Of a DNA stretch of 64,000 bases, positions 56,123 to 64,000 are shown in pieces. The notes beneath the pieces are model-generated. The model saw nothing but the letters and a program-made list of their open reading frames with translations. It was not told where the DNA came from and ran no database searches. The position numbers and the translations under genes are program-made. Positions within the stretch are counted from its first letter, which is position 1; each line of letters opens with the position of its first letter. The stretch covers positions 1 to 64,000 of IMG/VR virus record IMGVR_UViG_3300013947_000024, one strand, 5' to 3'. Origin of the DNA: a virus. Its lineage: Duplodnaviria > Caudoviricetes.

Positions 56123-58105
56123 ATGCGCATCAGATTAACAGAAACATACCGTTTACACAAGGATATCGGCGAGAAAGACAATCATGGAAACCAACTGACC
56201 AAAGAACAGAAGATCTTTTTCAAGAATAGCAAGGTTCGCGATCAAGATGGCAGACTTCTTGTATGTTATCACAATACAAACGCGGACTTTCAAACATTTG
56301 ATACGCAGAAACAGGGAAGTCGTTTTACTGGTAATCTTGGCAACGGATTTTATTTCACGCCATATAAAGATCAGGCGGATTATTATGGTGGGAAATATAC
56401 GATGGAGGTATATCTTCTCGCCACCAATCTGTTTGACACCAACAGCCAAGAAGATATGGAAAATTTGCTTAGAAAAAATCAAATTGTGTATGATAAAAAA
56501 GCGGTACGCGATGCTATGCAAAAGGGCATGGCAACAAGAAATATTTTGCAGTCTGTCGCAGACTATCGCACGCACACGGGCAACATCAACGACGATTTTA
56601 TCGAGCTAATCATGCGTGCTGGATATGACGGTGTTGTAAATGGCGTAATAGGCACTAATGAAGAATATATGGTTTTTGAACCAAATCAGATTAAATCCAT
56701 ATCAAACACAAACCCCACTCATTCTGACAATATAAACGAATATTTTGGATCGTTGAAAGAATCCTATCTTAACGAAGACATTGACGGAATGAGAAAGTTC
56801 TATCCCAATATCGAAGACGATGCCTTTATGACGTTCATAGAGCTTGACCCTACATATACGAATGGTTCTACAAACGCAGGAAAATACGCCCGTTGGATTC
56901 TTGGGCTCGCCAACAAGGGAATGGGAAAGATTGAAAATATTTCGCACCTTTCTGACGCTCTTCGTAGATTTGACGAAGTTCGTAACGACCTCATCAACAA
57001 AGACGTTATGAGATACAAGAGCGTACAGGAGCTTGAGGACGCACTTAACGCGCCCGAATCATACGCGGAGAAATCTCATAGACAAGAGGTTCGTGGTAGA
57101 CAACAGGCTCGTAAAGAAGCCGATATTACCAAAGACGCTGATATTGTATATCAGGATGCTACATGGACTGTGTATGTACCAAAAACCTATGCGGCTTCTT
57201 GCAAGCTCGGTCAGGGGTCTAAATGGTGTACAGCAAGTACAGAAAGCGATTATTATTACAATTACTACCTTTCTGCATACCCCGACTCCAAATACTACAT
57301 CGTTATCAATAACTCTAACCCAGATGAGAAATATCAACTCCATTTTGAAAGCGGTCAGTTCATGGATAAAGATGATGAGCGCATTCACGGAGGAATTGAC
57401 GCATTTAAGGAATATAAGGGGCTGTATGAATTCTTGAAGGGATTGCAGGCATCTCTGTTCTTGAATCAAATCGGAGTCTCAGCAGAGGAAAAAGAATACG
57501 AAGTGAAGATTACTCACGCGGATTTAGCAGAAGCGCTTAGCGACAACTATAGTCGCGACGCGCTCGGAGCAGATGCCATTCGCAACATACTGGATGGGAA
57601 TGCGTGGGACTTGTTTGATGGGTTTAGCAATTTACCCAGAGACGAAATACAGTCCGTATACGACTACGAGATTAGCTCTGAAAATCTGCAAAAAATCGAA
57701 GAGCTTGGAGCAACAGAAGAGTCTATCTTTGACGATAGGGATGATGTGTATTATGCCATTGGTGGCGCCCTTGCTGATGCTTTGCTTGACAACGCGGTAT
57801 CCAACATCGAACGATCGGTGGAAAGTGGGATAGAGGAGGCAATGCCAGCATGGGCACATATCGACGATATTGGGTTTGGATACAAGAAGTCCACATTCAC
57901 AGTCGACACACAAACCTTCAAGGATGCTGTTTCAGACATCATGAACAACTATGACACTGATGCAATGGGGTCTTTAGAGGAAGTACTTCAAAATGTCATT
58001 GACAACAATAGCAACGGAATTTACTACGAAGATGACTATGACTACGACAAAGACACATTTAACGCATTGCTCGCTGACAACCTTTCGGAATTAAAACCAC
58101 AGTAA
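56123..58105 (+). CDS. Polyvalent protein: ART-PolyVal-like ADP-ribosyltransferase + WCT-motif (PcfJ-like) domain + acidic tail
   Basis: SKVRD.DG.LL..YHNT, GFYFT, GYDGV, EYMVFEPNQIKS; linker LKESYLNED; VYVPKT..ASC..G.GSKWCTA. Confidence 0.7.
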   Translation: MRIRLTETYRLHKDIGEKDNHGNQLTKEQKIFFKNSKVRDQDGRLLVCYHNTNADFQTFDTQKQGSRFTGNLGNGFYFTPYKDQADYYGGKYTMEVYLLATNLFDTNSQEDMENLLRKNQIVYDKKAVRDAMQKGMATRNILQSVADYRTHTGNINDDFIELIMRAGYDGVVNGVIGTNEEYMVFEPNQIKSISNTNPTHSDNINEYFGSLKESYLNEDIDGMRKFYPNIEDDAFMTFIELDPTYTNGSTNAGKYARWILGLANKGMGKIENISHLSDALRRFDEVRNDLINKDVMRYKSVQELEDALNAPESYAEKSHRQEVRGRQQARKEADITKDADIVYQDATWTVYVPKTYAASCKLGQGSKWCTASTESDYYYNYYLSAYPDSKYYIVINNSNPDEKYQLHFESGQFMDKDDERIHGGIDAFKEYKGLYEFLKGLQASLFLNQIGVSAEEKEYEVKITHADLAEALSDNYSRDALGADAIRNILDGNAWDLFDGFSNLPRDEIQSVYDYEISSENLQKIEELGATEESIFDDRDDVYYAIGGALADALLDNAVSNIERSVESGIEEAMPAWAHIDDIGFGYKKSTFTVDTQTFKDAVSDIMNNYDTDAMGSLEEVLQNVIDNNSNGIYYEDDYDYDKDTFNALLADNLSELKPQ

Positions 58106-58115
58106 TTTTAACACA

Positions 58116-58150
58116 AAGACAGTATGGATTTTCTGTACTGTCTTTTCTTT
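58116..58150 (+). terminator. Rho-independent terminator
   Basis: AAGACAGTAT/GTACTGTCTT stem plus T-rich tail. Confidence 0.75.
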
Positions 58151-58659
58151 GTGCTATTTCACACACGCACATTATGGTTGAATGCTCGCCAGACCCACCA
58201 GAATTCGCCACACTGCACGATAATGATGTTGGAGCAATAATCGGAGGGTGAAATGTTTCCGTCGATTTTAGGCATATTCTCGCGCCTTGTGGAGCGTTGT
58301 GCTGTTTTGGCATTAGCAACGAGATGGTTAGTGTGGCTATCCACCTGCGTGATTACAGAAATGAAACGGCGTAGAAGCCGTCAGAATTGCCTACAACGCG
58401 TTTTGCTAATCACACCCTCCAATTACACACCACAAATCCATTCGTCGATTCTGCGCATATTCTCGTGGTTCACAGAGCCATATTACACCCGTTTGGGTAC
58501 GAACACACGCATAGGAAGACGAAAGAATACCCGAAGAGGTGTAATTGGTAAAATATGGAAGCGCGCATTTTCATTGACGCATACCAACCGCTAACGCGGA
58601 GCCCGTACACCGAAAAGGAGGATTAGGAGGATAAGCCTTGTTCTCTCTTTTCTTGCGTA

Positions 58660-59045
58660 GGAGTAAGAATAAGCCTTAAAAGATTTTGATTAAAAATATC
58701 TATCCGTAACAGAAAAAAGAAATAAGATTAAATACCTTAAAATATGGATTAAATATCTATTTCTTAAAACTTGTTTGTTTGTAACTTCTTTTTTAGCTTT
58801 TAGGAGTTGAATATTATGAGATATTACGAAGTAATATCGAATAATATGAAAACTCCTATCTATGGAATAATATGAGATATACTTTAGTATATCGAATATT
58901 ATGGAATAGATATTTTTGATATTTTAATTTCTTTGTACTCCGTATAGATTATATTATACTTACTAAAGAGAGTAAGAGGTAAAGATTATATATACTAACG
59001 TATATTTATATCTCACTTAATACAGAGTAATTAACGTATATCGCA
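58660..59045. repeat. AT-rich non-coding region with iteron-like repeats and hairpins (candidate origin/pac region)
   Basis: GAATAWTATG at 58809, 58839, 58865, 58894; hairpins GATATTAC-GAA-GTAATATC and GATATAC-TTTA-GTATATC. Confidence 0.55.
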
Positions 59046-59290
59046 CGCACGCGTATTTACGCGCATGACCCGTCTAACACTTCGTCTCCTTTTGATACGG
59101 AGAAAATGAGCAAAATACACGAAATGCTCTCCAACCACGACTAAATCTAATAGTGGCTCTTTACGAGTCAAACAACCAAGAAGCGCGCATTGCACGGTCT
59201 GGAAATCATACAGCCTCCCCTTACCCGCCTTCTTGTTGTAATACACAGGATCGCGGGTTTTTCTTATTCCAGAGGAAAGGAGGAAACAAA

Positions 59291-61723
59291 GTGGAGAATC
59301 TCCCAAAGGAATTACAAGGACTATCGGAAGAAGAATTAAGAGTAGCCAAAGAAATTCTCTCCCAACTTGCTACAGAGGGAAAATCAGAAAAGTTAGATGA
59401 CCTTAAATATGCAGACTATGCAGAGATACCAGTGGATATTGAGACATTTTTGCACGAAAGACAGTATCTTGGCAATGCTCTATACGATCAAGACGGACGA
59501 TTTACCTTGTTCCCCTATTGGGAAGAGAAATTAAAGGAAATCTTTCCAACGAATACGGAAACAGCCTATAATACTGTTATTTTTACAGGCGCTATCGGAC
59601 TTGGAAAGTCGACCATAGCCGTTATCTGTCTTTTGTATATGCTATATCGGCTACTTTGCTTAAAAGACCCATACTTACACTTTGGCTTGCAACCAGTCGA
59701 TAAGATTACAGTATCTCTGATGAACATCACCATTGAAAACGCCAAAGGCGTTGCTGGTGACAAAATGAATCAAATGATCCTGTCAAGTTCATGGTTTATG
59801 AGCCACGGAGAAATGAATGGGACATCGAACCTGTCATACAAGCCGAACAAGCACATTGAGGTTGTAGCCGCGTCAAGCAATAACCAAGTAATTGGTCGCG
59901 CTATTTATTGCTTAGATGGCGATACTGTTATTTCGACATCTACTGGCTCGTATAAAATCAAAGACCTTGTGTATAAACCAATTCGCGTTTATACCGTCGG
60001 AGAAGATAAAAAACAAACACTTAGTGATATTTGTTGCGTAAAACCAACAATCAGGACAAATTGCGAATGCCGTGTTACTTTGGAAGATGGCACTGTAATT
60101 AGGTGCACCGCGAATCATAGACTAATGCTCCATGACGGTGCATACAAGGAAGCATTCACATTGCATAGCGGAGATCGTCTGTATAGTGTTGGTTTTAATT
60201 CGATGGTCGTTAAATCGGTAGATACTGTGAAATTGTATGAAAAGAAGCAGTTTTATGATGTGGTAGAGTGCAATCCGAATCATAATTTCATTATTAAGAC
60301 GATCACGGGAGAAATCGTCTCGCATAACTGCAACTTTAGTGATGAGGTCAACTGGGGAATTACCAACGACACAGAGAAGCTAAAGAAGAAGTATAAACAA
60401 CTTATTGCGCAGATTGACGCTCGTATGAAGTCTCGTTTCTTGCGAGGGACATATCTACCGACAATGAATATCATTGCGTCTTCAAAGAACAACGAACAAT
60501 CGTTCTTGGACGAATATATCAACCTAAAAAAGAAAAACGAGTCAAAGAATACTCTTATTGTTGATGAGCCACAGTGGGTGGTTGATAATCGAAAAGACAC
60601 GAAGGAAAAGTTTTTTGTAGCAATAGGTAATAGATTCCTTGCTAATGAATTGTTGCCAAGAGACGCCTCTGAAATATTGCTTGATGAATATAGAGCTAAG
60701 GGGTATTCAATTCTTAAAGTCCCTATGGGGTATTTGGAAGACTTTCAGCAGAACATAGACCAAGCGCTTATGGATATTGCTGGAATTGCTACGGCAAGTG
60801 CTACAAAATATATTTCTGGCGTCAGATGGAATGAGATTAAGAATGATAAATATCAGAATCCGTTTGTAAAAGAAATTATCGAAGTCGGAACCGCTAAAGA
60901 CGATATTGCACAGTATAGCGATTTCTTCGATATTTCAAGAATTCCACCAGAGATTCGACATAAGCCGATATATCTTCACCTCGACCTATCTGTTAAAGGA
61001 GACAAAACAGGTATAGGTGCAGTTGCCGCAATAGGCAAAAAACCATCGGTTGAAGGTGCTGACGCGTCGAGAGACATGATATACCGCATTGTTTTTAGTG
61101 TGAGCGTGCAGGCACCAAAAGGCTATGAAATCAGCTTTGATAAATCACGCACATTTGTTAGGTGGTTACGGGAAAATGGATTTAACATTAAGGGCGTTTC
61201 ATTCGACTCGTTCGCCTCCCCACAGTTAAAACAGCAGTTAATAGCAGATGGATTTGTGGCGCAAACAATCTCCGTAGATAGACTTGACCCCGAAACAAAG
61301 CAGTGTCTTCCGTATGCTTATTTCAAGTCAACGGTATATGAGAGACGCATTGAGGTCTATGCTGATTGCCCATTCTTAACAGAGGAAGTTTTAGGGCTTG
61401 AAAGAGAACTTGATGGGCATGTAAACCACCCCGATAATGGTAAAAACGGATCGAAAGATGCAATCGACGCAATCGTAGGAGCGCTCTATCATGCCTCTCA
61501 GCACGCTGAAGAATACGCCTATGATTACGGAGAATCAATAGATGTGATGCTGGAGTCAAACCAAGACGAAGGAATCAATCAAGCAAAAGAACAAGCAACA
61601 GTTGATTTTGCACAAGAGCTACAAAAGGTAATTATGCAAAACCGATCTATTTCCACACTACACCAAGAAGAAGCACAACATCAAGACCTACACGACAACG
61701 GGTTCTATGATGTTGTCATCTGA
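59291..61723 (+). CDS. terL: Large terminase subunit (intein-containing)
   Basis: GTG start after AGGAGG; Walker A GAIGLGKST; Walker B FSDE; nuclease HLDLS..GD; FD; H....SKD..DA; upstream of portal. Confidence 0.9.
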   Translation: MENLPKELQGLSEEELRVAKEILSQLATEGKSEKLDDLKYADYAEIPVDIETFLHERQYLGNALYDQDGRFTLFPYWEEKLKEIFPTNTETAYNTVIFTGAIGLGKSTIAVICLLYMLYRLLCLKDPYLHFGLQPVDKITVSLMNITIENAKGVAGDKMNQMILSSSWFMSHGEMNGTSNLSYKPNKHIEVVAASSNNQVIGRAIYCLDGDTVISTSTGSYKIKDLVYKPIRVYTVGEDKKQTLSDICCVKPTIRTNCECRVTLEDGTVIRCTANHRLMLHDGAYKEAFTLHSGDRLYSVGFNSMVVKSVDTVKLYEKKQFYDVVECNPNHNFIIKTITGEIVSHNCNFSDEVNWGITNDTEKLKKKYKQLIAQIDARMKSRFLRGTYLPTMNIIASSKNNEQSFLDEYINLKKKNESKNTLIVDEPQWVVDNRKDTKEKFFVAIGNRFLANELLPRDASEILLDEYRAKGYSILKVPMGYLEDFQQNIDQALMDIAGIATASATKYISGVRWNEIKNDKYQNPFVKEIIEVGTAKDDIAQYSDFFDISRIPPEIRHKPIYLHLDLSVKGDKTGIGAVAAIGKKPSVEGADASRDMIYRIVFSVSVQAPKGYEISFDKSRTFVRWLRENGFNIKGVSFDSFASPQLKQQLIADGFVAQTISVDRLDPETKQCLPYAYFKSTVYERRIEVYADCPFLTEEVLGLERELDGHVNHPDNGKNGSKDAIDAIVGALYHASQHAEEYAYDYGESIDVMLESNQDEGINQAKEQATVDFAQELQKVIMQNRSISTLHQEEAQHQDLHDNGFYDVVI
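59909..60328 (+). other. Mini-intein (140 aa, no endonuclease) in terL
   Basis: Starts CLDGDT; block B CTANHR; block F/G FYDV...HNF...SHN followed by Cys(+1). Confidence 0.92.
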
Positions 61724-61738
61724 TGAAAGGAATTTTAT

Positions 61739-63628
61739 ATGTCGAAACTTACTGAAGACGGAGTGAACAACGGCGCGCCTTCTGTTTTTGAAACAGACGA
61801 CAAGGTGTACAACAATCCGATTAAACCTATTCCTAAACCAGCAAAGAATATCGGTATTGATACCGAGGGCGAATTTTATGACAACCTAATTGAAGCGGGT
61901 GAGTCTGGAATTCTTGCTACAGCAAATATTGAACGCTTTTCTCAAGTGTCCGATATGCGTAATCAGCTTTATAACATGATGGATAGCATGATGTCAGACC
62001 CAATCATTTCGACTGGCGTTGAGATTTATGCGGAGAACTGCGCAGAAGCGAATGATAGAGGACATGTGGTATGGGCGGAGTCAGAACAGAAAGAAGTGGC
62101 TGATTATGTCAACCATCTGCTTGATGTTATCAATGTGGATAAACACGCGTACACATGGATTCTTAGCTTAATTAAGTACGGCGACCTTTATCTCCGACTT
62201 TACAGAAATTCAGAATACAACGGTTCAATCTTCAAAAAGAAAGAAAAAGAGAGACTACAAGAGCAGGTCAACATTAAGGCGTACAGCAAGAACGATAAAT
62301 ACGCAAACTATGTAGAGATGGTGAAAGACCCGTCCGTCATGTTTGAGCTTACGAGATTTGGCAAGACAGAGGGGTATATTGAGGCGTCAAACCCTACACA
62401 GATGTATGAGGGTTCCCAGCTTACAGATAACTATGTCAAATTCCAGTTTAATAGTGGAGATGTGAATATCTACGAGGCGACAGAATTTGTTCATGCCTAT
62501 CTTGCGGATAATTCTTCTCGTTATACAGAAACTGTGAATATCGCCAATGGAGAAGACGGCAGGGAATATGAGTATGCTGTTCGTAAAGGAAAGCCAATGC
62601 TCTACGACTTGTACAAGCTATGGAGACAGCAAACTCTTCTTGAAAGCTCTGTGATTCTTAACCGTGTAACCCGTTCGGCTATCACTCGTATTCTTTCCGT
62701 TGATGTCGGAGATATGCCAAAAGATCAGGTACAGAAGCGACTCTCCAAAATCAAGGCTCTCATTGAACAGAAGTCTGCTATTCGTCAGGGCGATGGAATG
62801 ACTGATTATACCGACCCGAGTCCCATCGAGAATATTATTTATCTTCCTGTCAATGGGGAGAAGGGTGCTATCCAGCAGTTGACCATTGGCGGAGATGTGA
62901 ATGTGGGCGACCTTACAGACCTTGATTACTTCAAGAACAAGTATTACGGCGCTCTTGGTATTCCGAAGCAGTACCTTGGTGATACTGGCGATTCTGCTGG
63001 ATTCGACGCTGGTTCAAGCCTTGCACAAATTTCTTCGCAGTTTGCAAAGAAGGTCGGAAGAATTCAGGATTCGTTCATTCAGGCTATCGAAGAGCTTGTT
63101 AACCTTATGCTCCTTGACAGAGACCTTGGCGGGTATATCAATAAGTTTTCTATCAAGATGGTTTCTCCTGCAACGAAAGAAGAAACGGATAGACAGAATA
63201 ACGCCGTTGCTCGTGTTAGCTTTGCAACCGATGTCGTGAACGCCGTAAGTAATGTCATTGACGATGAGGAGACAAGGCTGAAAGTTCTTCGCGCTATGAT
63301 GACCAATGCGGTAGGCGAAACAGAGGTTCCTGCCATTATCGACGAATATATCACTCGCAGAGACGCAGAGATTGCCGAGGACGAGGCAAAAGGCGAAGAC
63401 GAGGGTGAAGATACCGCCGAAGAGGAAACGCGCGAGGAAGAGCCTGTAATGCCCGTTGGAGGCAGTGCTCTTAACAGAGGTATCGGCAGAGCGCCTTTCG
63501 GAGCAGAAGAAGAGACAGAGACGGAAGTATCGGTAGAAGCTCCTGAAGCTCCAGAGGAAAGAGAAGAGACAATTCTTCCTACGCCCGCAGAGCTTAATTT
63601 AGACTTGACAGACAACAGCGAAGCGTAA
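61739..63628 (+). CDS. Portal protein, T4 gp20-like
   Basis: KYGD.Y, LE.S..L.R.TR....RI..VDVGDMP, DLDYF..K.Y.ALGIPK; acidic tail. Confidence 0.88.
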   Translation: MSKLTEDGVNNGAPSVFETDDKVYNNPIKPIPKPAKNIGIDTEGEFYDNLIEAGESGILATANIERFSQVSDMRNQLYNMMDSMMSDPIISTGVEIYAENCAEANDRGHVVWAESEQKEVADYVNHLLDVINVDKHAYTWILSLIKYGDLYLRLYRNSEYNGSIFKKKEKERLQEQVNIKAYSKNDKYANYVEMVKDPSVMFELTRFGKTEGYIEASNPTQMYEGSQLTDNYVKFQFNSGDVNIYEATEFVHAYLADNSSRYTETVNIANGEDGREYEYAVRKGKPMLYDLYKLWRQQTLLESSVILNRVTRSAITRILSVDVGDMPKDQVQKRLSKIKALIEQKSAIRQGDGMTDYTDPSPIENIIYLPVNGEKGAIQQLTIGGDVNVGDLTDLDYFKNKYYGALGIPKQYLGDTGDSAGFDAGSSLAQISSQFAKKVGRIQDSFIQAIEELVNLMLLDRDLGGYINKFSIKMVSPATKEETDRQNNAVARVSFATDVVNAVSNVIDDEETRLKVLRAMMTNAVGETEVPAIIDEYITRRDAEIAEDEAKGEDEGEDTAEEETREEEPVMPVGGSALNRGIGRAPFGAEEETETEVSVEAPEAPEEREETILPTPAELNLDLTDNSEA

Positions 63629-63645
63629 TCGGAGGATTAAGATAG

Positions 63646-64000
63646 ATGCTTACAAAGAATGACTGCCTGTTACTCCTTCTCGGAATTGATGGAGAAGAGG
63701 CAAAGAAGATGGCAAACGAAGTAGCAAGAACAGGAAAGCTCACATCGCAGATTATTAAATTTATCAACGACAAGAGACCTCTTGACCTTGCGAAATTCTA
63801 TGAAAAGATTCGTCATAGCTACAATCAAAAGAAATCGTCCCTGTATATCAATATCGTAAAAGAGACAGAGGACACAACGGATGTTCTTACGACCCTGTCT
63901 GCTATGGCACTGCAAATCCTCCTGTTCGGCAAGAATGTAGAGGATAAGATGATGTTTTTCCGTCAGGCGAGACTTGCAGAAATATACAAAGCTCTGCATG
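63646..64000 (+). CDS. Hypothetical head-module protein (3'-truncated)
   Basis: GGAGG SD, ATG 63646, MLTKNDCLLLL..., frame open to window end. Confidence 0.6.
   Translation, partial: MLTKNDCLLLLLGIDGEEAKKMANEVARTGKLTSQIIKFINDKRPLDLAKFYEKIRHSYNQKKSSLYINIVKETEDTTDVLTTLSAMALQILLFGKNVEDKMMFFRQARLAEIYKALH

Noticed and set aside
58253-58594. 113-aa ORF in the intergenic region
   Set aside because: Atypical composition; overlaps the degenerate repeat elements; no recognisable motif.
59153-59290. 46-aa N-terminal extension of terL
   Set aside because: A strong AGGAGG precedes GTG 59291; the upstream part looks like a structured leader.
1-64000. tRNA/rRNA genes and alternative genetic code
   Set aside because: No cloverleaf or rRNA-like sequence noticed by eye; genes are full-length and densely packed under the standard code.

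Overview
The window is a 64 kb segment of a large, T4-like-portal tailed phage. Its SigA-type promoters, strong SD sites and anaerobic RNR suggest an anaerobic Bacillota (Clostridia-like) host. Essentially all real genes are on the + strand. In order: (1) replication/recombination genes (DnaE C-terminus, gp32-like SSB, RecU, RecA, SbcD/SbcC-like), 1-13 kb. (2) Nucleotide metabolism (dUTPase, NrdH-NrdD-NrdG-FTR-like) with a free-standing homing endonuclease and a degenerate peptide deformylase, 15-22 kb. (3) An accessory block, 22-34 kb, with a DinJ-like/YafQ-kinase pair, two orphan HicB-like genes, four SAM-lyase-like domains, acidic putative DNA mimics and a ferritin-like domain. Many of these domains are delimited by L/I-x-E motifs that look like prohead-protease sites. 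(4) Holins and a 20 kb mosaic tail/receptor-binding region. (5) An ART-PolyVal-like polyprotein, an AT-rich origin-like region, an intein-containing terminase and the portal. The best-supported highlight is a complete IStron (group I intron + IS200/IS605 ends + intact TnpB + omegaRNA, 52906-54703). It is inserted after TTGAT in a tail gene, and splicing restores a 638-aa ORF. A protein-free 151-bp IS605-type mini-element consisting of a left end plus a stand-alone omegaRNA lies 650 bp upstream (52104-52254). The most novel, more inferential candidate is a capsid-packaged, protease-processed anti-defence polyprotein system. All annotations come from motif recognition by eye; no database searches were run.
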